A DNA stretch of 64,000 bases from the human T2T-CHM13v2.0 reference genome, Homo sapiens: the NCBI RefSeq assembly GCF_009914755.1, contig NC_060947.1. One strand, given 5' to 3'. Below the pieces are notes generated by a model. That model saw nothing but the letters and a program-made list of their open reading frames with translations, was not told the DNA's origin and ran no database searches. Positions 24,856-41,217 of this stretch are shown here, piece by piece. Each line of letters begins with the position of its first letter. Position 1 is the stretch's first letter. The position numbers were made by a program, and so were the translations under genes.

Positions 24856-26866
24856 TTTTAAGGCCCAGGAGTCCTTAAAAGTGAAAGAGGAAGATGTGAC
24901 TATGGGAGAAAGGCACAGAGAGATGCAATGTTATTGACTTCAAAGATATATGAAGGAGCCCCGAGTCAAGGAATGCAGGAGGCCTCTAGTAGCTGTAAAG
25001 GACAAAGGAATGATTCTCCTCTGGGCCTCCAGAAAGGAGTACAGCCCTGTTGACACCTTGATTTCAGCTCAGTGAGACCCATGCCGGAATGCTGACCTCT
25101 ATAATTGTCATATAATAAATCTGTGTTGTTTTTCAGCTGTTGTGTTTGTGGTAATTTGTTACAGCAGCAATAGGAAACTAATACAATAAGCCAAAATGGA
25201 CTATATACTTGAGGCTCGGTCATGTAAATATTTAAATGATACCTTGAGAGCTATGGAATAACATGGAAAATATTTAGGATCTATATTTAAAAAGCAATAT
25301 ACAGACATGTATACACAGTGCGGTTAGAACTAGGTTTGATAAACAAAGAAACAGAAATCTTAGCTGAGTGAATATAAAATCTGGGAGAAAAGCCAGAAAA
25401 ATGTGAACCGTGAGTAATGTGAGGGGTGGAATGATGCCGATTCATTTTTCTTTTCTTTCAACTTTTATGAATTTTTCAAATTTCCTTTAATGGGCCTGCA
25501 TGAAGAAAACACTAAAATTAAGTTTCAACTTGATCTGAGAAAGTAAAAATCCTATTTAGAGAGCTGCAGTGATATATGTTGCCAGAGAGGACACCATCAG
25601 TCATGACCTCTGTGGTAAAATAGCAGTATTCTTCCTCGTTTCATCTAGGTAGCCAGATGGAGAAACAGTTACCATTTTAGCAGCTGGTACTAAAATTCCT
25701 ATGTTGGGAGAGACCTATCTTAGTTGAAAAGCTGAAAAGGAGCTTTGTGAAGTTCACCAGCAGAAGGAAGTCCCCAGTGCTGAACCACTCCTCAGATTTC
25801 ACTTTAAGGAAGGGAGAAGGAGGAGCAATGGGGCTGAGGCTGCTTACGGCTGGAGTCAGGAGAGGGTAGAGAAGTGGCAGCTGAGGCTGGAAGAAAAGTT
25901 TCGAAGGAAAACACAAACCTATAGCATATTTTCAAAGGAATTCAGTGTGCGGTAGATGGGATGCCTCCCTGTTATTCCCGATCTTCACCCAAACAGTAAC
26001 TTGTCCATGTTTGATTTGATTTCACAGGGAAACTAAAAAGGGTGGTGAGATTTGCATCAAGGACAACCCGGTTGTAAACTGGGCTAGCTTGTGTGGATGC
26101 GGAGAGTGTGAGATCTAAAATCATGTCTCGTGGTGTGCCTACCATGTGTCTTCAACTTTGCTGGGTGTTCACTGCCTGTTCAACATCTCCCCTTCCTAGG
26201 GTACCTCCTAACCCACGTGTAATGTGTGGCCCATTGCAAATTAACAAGTGTTTGCAAAGCTATTTCACTACCTTGAGTTGCATTTCATGTACAAGAAGCC
26301 AGCCCTTGGATTCCCTGGGATTTGAGCCAGTTTGTTGCAAAGCAACCACTCAACTGCTGCTCCCCTGAGAACCCGCGGAGGCTCCTCACTGCCGATGTTC
26401 CCCAGGGACTGAGAAGCCACTCGCTCTTCAGTGTGAGATGGTTTTAGAGGTAGGGGTCTGCAGTTATTCAAAGGAGCCATAAGTGCTTGTGCTGCCCTCA
26501 AAAGCCCAGAAGATGCTGGGAAGTGGTGTTTGTTAGAGGACCCATTGGGGATTCTATATCCTTCATGGGGTCCTTGAGAGTCAAAGGAACTTCACTCCAC
26601 CAGACATCCCAGAAACAGAGCTCCTGAGGTGCCCATGATTGAAAACGAGGGCTCTTCCCTAGAGACCCTCTGGGCCAAATCCCGCCATTGCTCACAGCGT
26701 TCTCTCCACAGTGGCAATAGCCTCTTTGGTTTTCTCCAGTTCTGTCTTGAGGGCTCAATGACCCAGAGCTCCCTTGGAGTCAGGTGATATTCTAGAGGCC
26801 TAATGTCTGCCTCTGTGGGTGGCAACACTCACTACCAAAAACGTGGGGGAGTAGTAGTGGTGATAT

Positions 26867-26868
<2 letters not shown>

Positions 26869-26897
<29 letters not shown>

Positions 26898-26912
26898 CAC
26901 GCGCGCGCATGC
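26869..26912. repeat. (GT)n-(GC)n alternating purine-pyrimidine tract
   Basis: 44 bp of unbroken alternation, read directly. Confidence 0.95.
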
Positions 26913-26949
26913 CTGTGCCTACATCAAGGGGGAGAGGGAAGGAAGGAAA

Positions 26950-29081
<2,132 letters not shown>

Positions 29082-30439
29082 CAGAAACAACTATTTAGCA
29101 GAGTTCCCCCCGCCCCACCCAAATAAAGCAAGAGTTTTGCTTTTTGGGTTGACAAAGAACTTATTTGACTACTTCACTAAAGCAAATACTTTGCCAGGAA
29201 TATAGGAGAAGTTAAAGGGAATAGAATTATTTCTACACGATTACGATGATAAAAGTTTCAACTTACTATGAAAACAAGAGTTCAAATAAAGTATTTTTTA
29301 AAAAGCCACCAGAAGGTGGTTTAAAAAGGCTTTATTCTCTTGAATAACAATGCTTGCCAGTTTGAATAAGATTAGCTTTTCTTTTTAAATCTAATCTAGA
29401 AAGCTTTTATAATTGATTTATAAATCATTTTTATATCTTTCATCAGTGGTCTGAAAAATCTTAATAAAGACTCTGTTGACGTTAGTAGATCCATCTCAAG
29501 AACTGTAAAGACTCTTTGTGTAAATACACACTGGGAAAAAAAATCTGAGTCCTGGTTTTTGACCACTTGTTTCTGGTCTGTGTGTGTGTGTGTGCCTTTC
29601 TCTTACATACAACCCAACCAAACACTTTCTTTTCAAAATATTATGATCATCACTATGTCTGTTGCACCAGAGGAATTTTCAGTATTCTAAAAATAACTTC
29701 AATTCTATAGAGTCAGAGTGTTTTTAGTTACAGATGCCCAGACAGTAGGGCTTCACATCAGATCCATCTTAAAATACCTTAAAAGACATAGAGAATAATG
29801 GAAACATGGAAAATGATTTGGAAATTAGGATAACTAACTCTGATTAAAATTAACTTTTATAATGGCCAAAGGATAAAATACTGGTGTTAATGATTAATCT
29901 GAGAGGCTTGAGAGAAACCTGATTTTTTTTCTCTTTCTTGTCTTCTGTTTGCTTCCTGCTGCCTTTTTCTCTGTAATATTTTGGCATCAGCTAGAACTGG
30001 TTTGAGCCCCATGCTTCTACCAGCCTTCATGAAAAATCCTAAGCCCAGGAGTAGGAAGCTAGGTAGACTCTAGGCAAAAGGCATGACTAAAGCAAGTTTT
30101 TCCCTTCTTGTTTTCTTTCTGGGTCACCTGCTTTTGATTTAAAATTTTTGTATAACTGGATTAAAAATTTTCCTCTTTCTCGTACATATATTGTGATAGA
30201 TATAAGCAATTTGTTTTATTCCTATCTTCAACCACGGGAAATGAATTGTTTGAACCTGATTTATGTTGCTTATAAAAGGCACAATGAAGACTACTTACTG
30301 AATTCTAATAACTGCACAATCCTTACGAAAAGCTTGGTGGTAAGAATGAATATTCATGAGACCACCTAAGGAATGTAAAATCCATTGCTTACTACGGATA
30401 TTCAGGGACTCCAGGTTAGGGGTGCATTGAAACTGAAAG

Positions 30440-30855
30440 TGTTAATTAGTCATTGCTGTTTAACAAACGATCTCCAGTTCTCAGGAGCTTATAGTCATGT
30501 TTCCACGCACAGGTCTATGGGTCAGCTGTGGTTTGGCTGGAATCATCCAGGATTAGGAGAGCTTGCCTCCAGGCTGCACATTGGTTTTAGGCCTGCTTCA
30601 TGTGTTTCCTCACTCTCTCTGGACCAGCAGCTACTCAGGGTATATTCTCCTCACGGTGAATCACAGGAGCATAAGATGTCATGCCCAATCACACACCTGT
30701 GCCTCTTCAGCTTTAAAGTTCCAGTCAAGTTTGCAGAGTTTCCACTGGCTAAGCCCAAAGTCAAGGGGTGGGGACGCACTCTGTACTATTGCAATGCTAG
30801 GTCACACGGCAAAGGGAGGGAGAGAAGAATTAATAACAATAATCCATCTGCCACA
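30440..30855 (-). mobile_element. Old MLT1 (I/J/K-like) MaLR LTR
   Basis: TTGCTGTTTAACAAAC...TCTATGGGTCAGCTG...AAGCCCAAAGTCAAGGGGTGGG...TCTGCCACA. Confidence 0.7.
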
Positions 30856-30864
30856 CTGACCAAA

Positions 30865-31030
30865 TTTATCTGTGATTGATTTCCTCATTTGTAAAATGAA
30901 ACAAAACACACACACACACGAACAAAAAAACTCTATCTCCTGGAGTTGTAAGGGTTAAAGAACTTAGAACAGTGCTTGGCACGCATGAAAAGGTTAATAT
31001 GGTTACTACTATTGCTGTTGTTAACATTGT
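30865..31030 (+). mobile_element. MIR
   Basis: TTTCCTCATTTGTAAAATG...CTTAGAACAGTGCTTGGCAC. Confidence 0.7.
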
Positions 31031-31287
31031 TGTTGTTTTTATTGTTTTGCTTCTGTCTTTGCCACAGAAAAGCTTAGAGACAAACTTTCTGCCCTCTTCT
31101 AGCAAGCACGTAGGGAAATGGTTTGCACACCAAATTTACCCCTATGCTTTGTCTTACTTTTTAATGTTATTTTCCTTCTTTGATTCTTTCCTAAATTATT
31201 TTTTTCATCCTGTTAATTGAATACACTGATGTAAGCAGTCTGTAAATGTTTCCCTATATTGTTAGTTGTAGTATGATGAATAAATAA

Positions 31288-31620
<333 letters not shown>

Positions 31621-32299
31621 TCTTTTTTTCTCTAAACCTTGACTTCCCATGTGTTTGCCATCTCTGTCAATGCTGCAGTAGCCCTTCTTCCGTATTTACA
31701 CTAGGCAAAATCGACTTTGTTGCTCTTGCTATCACCAAACGTCAGGTTATAAGTTTCTTTGTTTATTGCCTACTCCCCTGCTCTCAACTATGATTTTTAC
31801 ATGTCTCTTTTGTCATTGGCAAGTACAAAATAGGCATGCCATAAATATTTGAATGAAGGAATAAATAAATAAATCAGTGTGTTTGTAATTACTTCTACAT
31901 GCATTCTAGCCTAGATTTTCTGTTGTGGTGTAGATATTAACAGCATGGATTGGCTGTAGGATCCCCCTTTCTTTCCACAACCTCTAGAGTCTAGTTCTGC
32001 CCCTTCCATTGCACTGAAACTGGGTTTGGTAAGGTCATTGAATACTGTCCTATTTGCAATCCAATGGTCTTTTCTCTGACATAACCACTTTGTAAGGTAT
32101 GCCAGGGTCAATCACTGTTTTCTTCTTAAAATCTTTACTTCTGTAGCTTTTGTGACTCCAGCTTGTCACCTCTCTGGGCAGTAGTCTTTTACCTGCAGGT
32201 TAATTCACATCAGGGACACAAGAAATCAGATTCTCCCTGGGATAGGGGCACATGTCCTCTGATGATTCCTAGGGGCACTGCAAGCCGAACTTATTAAAA

Positions 32300-33240
32300 A
32301 TTGAATTTACTTCTTCACCCTTTACCCCCAAACCGTCACTGGCTTCCTCATGCTGGTTAACTGCGTCAAAAGCCATCTCATTTTTAAGCTGTCCATCTTT
32401 TTATCATTCTTGATTCTTTATCCATGTCCCTCCCCACTCCTCTCTCAACTATAATCAGTCCCTAAAATATTGACTTTGTGTTTGTTTGTTTTCTCAAAGC
32501 ATCCTCTTTCCTTCTCTCATAAAGTTGTCTTGGTCCAGGACCTCCAGATTCTTGACTTTACTTCAAGAACTTTCTAAGGCATCTCTCAGCCTCCAGCCTC
32601 TTCCCACTTCCAACTTACTTTTCACCCTACTGCATGATAATTCTTCTAAAATGCAGATCGGTAGCTTTCCTTTGCCTTCAGTGTGAAGTCCAAACCTTTT
32701 GGCATGGCATGCAAAACACTGCCTTTCTCTCCTCTTCCATGACCTCCCAACCTCCACCATGCATACTTTGCTAAACTTGAGCTACTTAGTGTTTCTTGCA
32801 ATGGCCAGAGCATTCTCTTCTCTTCTCTCCTTTCTTCTCTCCTCTCCTTTCCTTCTCTTCTTCTCTTTCTCTCTCTCAACTTTTTATATCATAATCCTTA
32901 AGAATGCCCATTTCTCTTTCTTTGCCCTCTGGGATAATTTCTGCCCTTTCTCCAAGGCTCACTTCTAGAGTTCCCTCCACTGGGAAAGTCCTCTATCCTA
33001 CTGCCTCTACTTACTCCGTGCTATTGAGTGTTCTTCCTTGGTGTTTCTATCACACCTTATAAGTAACCTCAATAACAGTTCCTTTCAGGTTTAGTAATAA
33101 TTATTAATTTCTCCACTAGATTGTGAGATTCTTTAGAGTAGAAACTTTTTACATTATGTCTGCATTCATAGTAAATAAGTCTTAGCACATAGAAAACAGT
33201 AAAAATAAAAGTGTGGCATTGAGATAAATTGAATTGAGTT
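32300..33240 (+). mobile_element. Degraded L2 3' region
   Basis: GAAGTCCAAACCTTTTGGCATGGCATGCAA; CCACTAGATTGTGAG...CTTAGCACATAG. Confidence 0.6.
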
Positions 33241-33909
33241 AATTAAAAACAGTATTCCTTCCAGCTCTCAATTCTGGAGGGTTACGTCAGTTTTCAGTTC
33301 ATCAGAAATGGTCACTTCTTTGTTTAAATGGAAATTTAACAAAATAGTGTCTAGTTGATGTTGACCTGAATCAGAATATGAAAAGTGTTTTTTTTGTTTT
33401 TTGTTTTTTTTTTTTTTTACAGGTATTTTGGCTTGTGGTTGTAATTTGGCACCAAAATTGGTTTCAGTATGTTTAATGACATCCGAGTATGGAAACCACA
33501 CTGTCATCTGGCATGGGACAATTGGGGCTAAGGTAGAAGCAGTTATACAAATGAGACCCTGATTTGTTCTCTTCTTCTCTCATCTTTCTTACTTCCATTG
33601 TCATAGGAGTTCTTTGTTCCTACCAGATTGAAATAGGAATGCTACTTTTTTTTTTTTTTTTTTCAAGTGGATGGTGTTAATATAGCTCTGGGGAAAAAAC
33701 AGTGTCACAAAAAGCACTGGAAATGATCTCACCAACCAACCATCCATATGACCTGTATTCTGGGCTATGTTCCAGTAATGGAAATAAGTTTGCTTTGTTC
33801 CGGATGCATTTCCTCACCCAGGATCCTTTGTCAGCTCTCCTTCCCCATACATCCCACAGTGGTTATTACAGACTTATTGTTCTGGTGCTACTGCACCTCC
33901 AGAGTCACC

Positions 33910-34120
33910 CAGTGGCCAAGGGCACTGGCTTCAGGGGAAGTATAAACTCAGGTTTGCACCCAGTTGCTGCTCTACTCTCTAGTTGTTGATGAATGACTGA
34001 ACCTCGGTCGTCAGTTTTCTCATTTATGAGATGTGGATAATAACACCAACTCCATCGGGCTAGGTGAAGCCAATCCTATAAAGTTCTTCATCCAGCCAGT
34101 ACCCTGCACATAGTAATTCT
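33910..34120 (+). mobile_element. MIR
   Basis: TCAGTTTTCTCATTTATGAGATGTGGATAATAACACC. Confidence 0.6.
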
Positions 34121-34298
34121 GTACCATCCATTTCCATTTTATATATAAAAGTCATATAGTTTCAATCAGATCGTTAGCTCCCCAAATCCACTTACGAACT
34201 GTTACTTTCAGGAAGTTATTTCTACAGCTGAATATTTCATTTATAAACTGACTTCATCCTGAGGGATTATTCTTGTCATCTGCCACCTAGAACCCCCT

Positions 34299-34756
34299 TC
34301 TTAGTCTCCTAAGGCAGCTGTAACAAAGTACCACAGACTAGGTGGCTTAGGACAACACAAATTTATTCTCTCACAGTTCTCGAGGATAGACATCTGAAGT
34401 CAAGGTGTCCTCAGAGCCATGCTCCCTCTAATACTCTGGGTAGAATCCTTTTGTGCCTCTACATAGCGTCTAGTGGTGGCCATCAATTGTTGGCATTTAT
34501 TGGTTCACAGCCCTATCACTCCAGTCTCTACCTCTGCCTTCACATGACCACCTCCTCCCCATGTGTCCCTGTCTTCACATGGCATTTTCTTCTTTTTGTG
34601 GGGGACACCAGTCATATCAGGTTAGGGCTTACTCTAATGACTTCATCTTAACTCGATTACATCTATAGAGACACTATTTCCAAATAAAGTCGCATTCACA
34701 GGTTATAACTTCAGTGCTTTTAGATTATCTTTTTGAAGACACAATTCAACCCATAA
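34299..34756 (-). mobile_element. MLT1C-type MaLR LTR
   Basis: GCTGTAACAAAGTACCACAGACTAGGTGGCTTA...TATTTCCAAATAAAGTCGCATTC...GACACAATTCAACCCATAA. Confidence 0.9.
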
Positions 34757-34789
34757 AACCATTTAATGAAGAACTTGCTATCCCCAGCT

Positions 34790-35139
34790 ATAGGAAGGGG
34801 TAATGGGAGATGAGCTTCAGGGACTATTCATCTGTAGAGTCCAGCCCTCTCACCCAAGGTCAAGTTCCTTCTTGAGGTGACCCACATTCAATGACAGATT
34901 AATGCAGGGATATAGAGGCCTGGCCATCTCTCCAACCTAGCGTAACTTTGAAGGGCCCTTCCAACTCCAAAGCCCTGTGGTGTCAGTGGAGGCTATTATT
35001 GTGCTTGGGTTGCAGGTTGACTTCTCTCTCTGCCTAGTCCTGCTTCTGTCCCTAAACATTCACAGGTATTGATCCCAACAAATGCCCTTGTAATAATCTC
35101 TAGCTCAAAGTCTACTTCCTGGAGAGGCAACCTGTGACA
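34790..35139 (+). mobile_element. LTR16-family ERVL LTR
   Basis: CAACTCCAAAGCCC...CTCTGCCTAGTCCTGCTTC...CACAGGTATTGATCCC...AACCTGTGACA. Confidence 0.75.
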
Positions 35140-36120
35140 GTACTTGAAAGGAGAGAGTGCCTCCTGAAACATTTTATTCACCAGGGTTGCTACTTCCTGG
35201 GCACATAGTAAACAATCAATAAATCCTAACTGGACTTATTGGGTCACATTTCTCTGAGTAATTGGGCAGAATTGAGTACGGAATTTATTTGATAGTTGCC
35301 TGAGACATGAATGAATCCCCATGTAGATTGAATCCATGATGCATCACACATTCAAATGGACCACCCTTCATTTAGCCCAAGCTCCTTGTTGTCACAACCA
35401 CCAACAAGACATTCTCTGTAGTCTTATGTGGCATGACAGTCAGATGCTCTCCGTACCTGATAATAAGATAATCACTCAGCATGAATTCAATATAACTGAC
35501 CATAGAAATAACCAACCTAAAGCAATGGTTTGGAAATTGATGACTAAGAAGTTGAGAAACATACGTATTTCAATTCAGGGACCAGGTGCGGGGTCAGGAA
35601 AACATGGGGGCCCAAACACATTGAAAGTTACTTGCTCTGGGCAGGTATTTTTATAACAGAACTTAGCAAAAGGGAGCCTAAAGGGGGAGAAAGTCATTAT
35701 GTCTTTAACACTAACCAGTAGGGGCAGGTATCTTTGGGCCCTTGGCAAACTCATCCCTATAGAGAAAGTGGAAACATCAATGGCACTGGTTATTAGTTCC
35801 AGATGACTCTCCTTGCTTTTCCTTCTTGCACTTCCAGGGAGTACATTGTGGTAACAGCTGACATGAGGACTGTGATCTACTTGGCAGGAGTAGTTCTCAG
35901 TGTTAAATGAAAAAGTTGAGATTCTGCTGTATGAACCAGTCTACTGTATGTTTGGTTAGCTTGGATCATCCTGAGAAAGTACTCAATTATGGGTGCCCTA
36001 TCCTAGTTAGACAGTACTTTGGAACATGGCTAGGTATATATAATCACTTGATCTAGAAGCCAGCTTCTCTCTTCAGCTGACATCTCTGCCTCCTCACTTT
36101 CTGTAACTGTATTTTGTTTT

Positions 36121-36207
36121 TATGGTCTACTGAAAATGAGCCAGAAAACCCAGGTGAACTGATCTTAACTACATTAATAAATATTTATATGTATCATTTA
36201 TTCATTG
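36121..36207 (+). other. Donor sequence for insert A in the L1PA (overlaps the tip of an antisense L2 3' end at ~36195-36250)
   Basis: Reverse complement matches 19330-19416 at 83/87. Confidence 0.95.
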
Positions 36208-36263
36208 AACAAATATTTGTTGAGAGTCTACTATGTGCCAGGAATTGTCATGTCCAAGGGGGT

Positions 36264-36541
36264 TGATATGGGTTGAATTGTGTCACCCCAAAATTTGTAT
36301 ATTGAAGTCCTTACCCCCGCTACCTCAGAATGTGACCTTATTTGGAAACAGGGTCATTGCAGATATCATTTGTTAAGATGAGGTCCTACTGGAGTAGAGT
36401 GGGCCCCTCATCCAATATAACTGGTATCCTTTTAACTTGATCTCAGACTTCTGGCCTTCAGAACTGTGAGATAATAAATTTCTGTTGTTTAAGCCACCCA
36501 GATTGTGGTAACTTGTTATGTAGCCCTAGCAAACCAATACA
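36264..36541 (+). mobile_element. MLT1B-type MaLR LTR with internal deletion
   Basis: TATGGGTTGAATTGTGTC...GAATGTGACCTTATTTGGAAA...AGCCCTAGCAAACCAATACA; only ~280 bp long. Confidence 0.85.
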
Positions 36542-37525
36542 GGGATTCAATAGTGTTTACATTTGAAACCATTCCTGCCTTCATAAAGCTTACAGTCTTC
36601 GTATATGTATGTGTTTGTGTGAGTGTGCCCACATGTTCCAGCCAAGACCACCTGGAGACAGATGTGGTCAGTCAACCCATCTCCTATTCTATGTGAAACC
36701 CAGTATCCTTGTGGACATTTCTGCAAGTTCCTGGGAACTCGAGTGCTCCAGGCCACTTCTGGCCCTGCATTCTTGCTTCATCACAACTCCCGTCTCCCCA
36801 TCTATGGCTGATCTCTTATCTCTGCTTTTCTCATCCAACCCAGGCACTGTTTTTTTTTCCCCTCAAGGTCTTCTCACGCACGGCTATTGTGTATATAGAT
36901 GACTTCTCTGAAAGTTTGGAAAGATTAGAAAAAGGGATATTGTAATCACGTTAATTACTTAAAATTGAGGTAAAACATGCCATCTTCCTAAATATTTTAA
37001 GAGCTTCCCTGCACCGGGCAATTTCTCTTGGGGGAATGGTTTCCACAAGCCCGACTTGGCTGCCATTTTGACCTGGCATTTTCTCCCTCTTCACCTTCTG
37101 TTCTTTTCCAGCCCCAAATTTGCTGGTCAAGTTTTGTTATAAAATTTAGCTCTTTCTTTGTTTTTAAGTATTCTTATAGATAATGACTCATTTTTCAACC
37201 ATATGAAAACGCTGATATTTGATCATCTTTGACCTGCAAAAATAATAACTTCATTTTAATTAATCCAAGATTTTTCTTAACAATGACAGCTTTCTTTCTG
37301 AGTGACAGCTGCTAAAATAACAATATATCTGAAGATATATGTAGGAACATATATCTTATATCCATGCACATGCATAGAAAATATAGTAAAAAGAAAAAAA
37401 TGCAAGTAGCCCTAGAGGAATGGAAAAGGGTTTTCTTTCTTTTGCACGTTTCTTTATACTTTTCTATATTTTTCCACGTTCTACAATGAACATACACTGC
37501 TTTTTATTATCAGAAAAAGTGTTCC

Positions 37526-37888
<363 letters not shown>

Positions 37889-38869
37889 CTAAGATATTTG
37901 CAAGTTGAGCTCTTCCAGTAGACTTTCCACACTGTTTGATGGATGTAACAGAGCTAGAGAGAAGTCAGTGTGGCAGAAATTGTCATAGCAGTGGGAAATC
38001 ATCATATTTTTAAGAATGAACATTTATTAATATGGGCTTTGAATTTTGCTTTTAATGTTGTCTGATTAAAAATCTTAATTTTTTCTTGATTATAAGAGCC
38101 ATACATGTAGTTCTTAAGTTAGTTAAAACTGTACACATGTAAAAAGTCAAAATTGGATGTCCCTCCCCCAATAATTCCCACCCCCATAACTTAAGGTAAA
38201 GCCTTCCCCATAATATGAGTTGTGCAATGTATACTACTTTACAATCTGGTTTGTTCACTTAAAATATATACCTTGGGTATCTTTCTCTGAAAGTATTTAT
38301 AGATTTATAAACACATTTTATTTTTCCTTTGTGCCAGCTCTAAAGGAACGCAAAAATATGGTGGGATAAGAAAATGCATCACCAAATGGTCTTTCTCTCT
38401 CTCTCTCTTTCTCATCATATGATGTCATCAGCTGTATTGAACACAATTGAATTGGTGTTTTTTCTCAATCAGCCTACAAGGCCTCTGACCTGTCCCTAGA
38501 CACTTTGATGTGAATGTGAGTGGAAGAGGAGGATGAAATCTTGGGACATTGAACCCAGTTGCTTGTGTTTCTGACATTTGCATTTTGCCTCATAAACACC
38601 TTGTATCACATGAACATATAAAACTTGAATTTATGTCTATTTAAATGTGGATTCTGTTCAGAGATACAAAGATCTAAGTTTAAAAAGATCAAGCAGGTGA
38701 TTTCAAGCAAGTGCATTTTTATCTTGATGCACCAGATGACGATGGCATTCAAAAAATCTGTTTAGGTTTTAGTGAAAAGAGAGAGAAAGAAGATACAATT
38801 ATTTCAAGTTTAAGGTAATTTGACCTTATTGAAGACATGGATGGTTTGTGGCCTTATGTAAAAATAACT

Positions 38870-39335
38870 TAAAATTTCCCCTAACTTTTGAACCAGTAAT
38901 TCTACTGCATAGAAACTGGCCTAGGAAAATGCATTCAAGCTCATAACGAGCTTTGTACCCAAAGGCAAGCATTGCAGCACTATTAACGATAATAAATAAA
39001 AATAGAAATACCCCAATCATCTAATAAGAGAGAGGTGTTCAGTATCATGACAACCATACCTTAAACCATTACACAGACATTAAAAACAGCTATAAAGACC
39101 TGCAATAATTTGGGGAAATGTTTCTCCTTATTAGTAAGTGAGTGAAGCAGGATAAACGAGAATATGTGGACAGGGTGGTTCCAACAATGTAAAAAATATA
39201 TGTGAACCAGAGAGGTAAAGGAAATACACCAATCATTAAAGTGGCTGATTCTGAGTGGTGATTGTTTCCTTCTTTCTACTTTTCTATATGCTCAAACTTT
39301 CTGGTGAGCATGTATTTCTTTAATAACAATAAGTT
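38870..39335 (+). mobile_element. Old L1M (L1ME-like) 3' fragment
   Basis: TTTGAACCAGTAATTCTACT...CATTGCAGCACTATT...GGAAATACACCAA. Confidence 0.6.
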
Positions 39336-39357
39336 TTTTAAAAACATTGTTAAAAAC

Positions 39358-39660
<303 letters not shown>

Positions 39661-40384
39661 ACACCATTTTTAAAAACCAGAAGATATCCAGGCCTTGAGC
39701 ACAGAATCCAAGCATCTGATCCCGGCCATCAATTCTTTGTTTCGTGTTTGGGGGTACTTTTTTAACCTCTATGCTTGTTTTCTCATCTTCTTATTAGGGG
39801 ATGATAGAATCAGTTTGGCTGTTTGGTTTTTAAAATATCCAGGTTCTTTCCTCTTACGTCTGGCTTTGGATTATGTCAAAGGTGCTTTTCATGATTGGAA
39901 AAATACAAAACAGGGGTTAACGGTGCTGTAAGCTTAAGAATACAAAGAGGTGGCACCGTAGGCATCAACACAATCCATAAACCTGGTAAAGCAAACAAGA
40001 GAGATATCTACAGATATTAATAGATTATATTTACATTATTTTTCTATCTCAATAATTTGTCTTACCCTTGAGTCTTTTTGAATAGTGGTACAGACTATGA
40101 ACCAGACCTTTTAAGAAAAATGTTACAGTATGGTAATTATATGTTACAGACACAATATTATTTGAATAGGCATCTTATCTCAATATTATCCAGACATATA
40201 ATATTACCAGGACTCAAAGTATTTGAATGATGCAAATTTTCCTAACATTACTTATCACATTTAGTGTAGGCAAGTTGATTGTGGCCATGTTGTCAGCTCC
40301 TATAGGTAAGTCAAATTGGACTGTTTTTTTTATGTTCTTGGGCTTCTATGGCTATAGTATTTTCTGAACTCCAAAGTCTGCTCA

Positions 40385-40917
40385 TGTGATAGCTTGAAAC
40401 TGTGTTCACAGATTCTTTCATATTGCTTCCTTTAAAAGGTGGAGACTTATTCCTCTCCCATTGAGTGTGGGCTGTAGTTAGTGACTCGCTTCTAATAAAT
40501 ATAGCATGGCAGAAGCAACTGATGGTATGTGACTTCCTAAACTAGGACATAAAAGGCATCGTAGACTCCTCCTTGGTGTCTTTCTTAGATCATTCACTGT
40601 CAGAGAAGCCAGCTACCATATAGTGGGAACGGTTAAGCAGTTTCATGGAGAAGCCCCTATGGCAAGGAACAGAGGCCTCCTGCCACAACCACGTAAGGGA
40701 ACCATCTTGGAGGCAGATCCTCCAGCCTCAGTCAAAACTTCAGATGGCTGCAGTCCCACTGATGTCCTAACTACAACCTCATGAGAGACCCTGAGTCAGA
40801 ATTACAAAATTGCTCCCAAATTCCTAACCCACAGAAACTGTGAAATAGTAATGCTGATTGTCCTGAACCCACTAAGTTTTAGGGTAATTTGTTAGTCAGC
40901 AATAGATAGCTAATACA
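40385..40917 (+). mobile_element. MLT1F-family MaLR LTR
   Basis: TTGAGTGTGGGCTG...GATCCTCCAGCCTCAGTCAA...CAGCAATAGATAGCTAATACA. Confidence 0.85.
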
Positions 40918-41137
40918 GCTAGCACAGAACTTTATTGCTGGAAAACTGTATTGAAAGGTTTCATATTCTGATCTTGTACTATCAACCAGATGACAAGAGT
41001 CTGGACTATATGGTAGGCATACAATGGGGAGGAAAACAGACGCAGAATCTGCCTTCAGGTACTTTGCAATCAAATTCCACAAATGAATGAAAGGAGTGCT
41101 TGAAATTGAGGAAATTACTTAAGCTCACTCAGCTTTC

Positions 41138-41217
41138 ATTTTTGAAATGGAATAAACTTGGATTTTTGAAATGGAGAATAATAAACTTTGATTTTTGAAA
41201 TGGAGAGTAAATGGAGT
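41138..41217. repeat. Imperfect tandem repeat, ~3 copies of ATTTTTGAAATGGA(GA)ATAAACTT(T)G
   Basis: Read directly. Confidence 0.85.

Larger units (their letters stand above)
23990..25185 (+). mobile_element. MLT1D-type MaLR LTR, split by MSTA
   Basis: 5' part TAAGGTTGCAGATGGAATT; 3' part CAAGGAATGCAGGAGGCCTCTAG...TTTGTTACAGCAGCAATAGGAAACTAATACA. Confidence 0.85.

Noticed and set aside
29305-29322. CTCF-like GCCACCAGAAGGTGG
   Set aside because: Lacks the GGC core of the consensus; too weak to call without ChIP data.
30385-30879. 164-aa ORF
   Set aside because: Lies over an antisense MLT1 LTR; no domain similarity.
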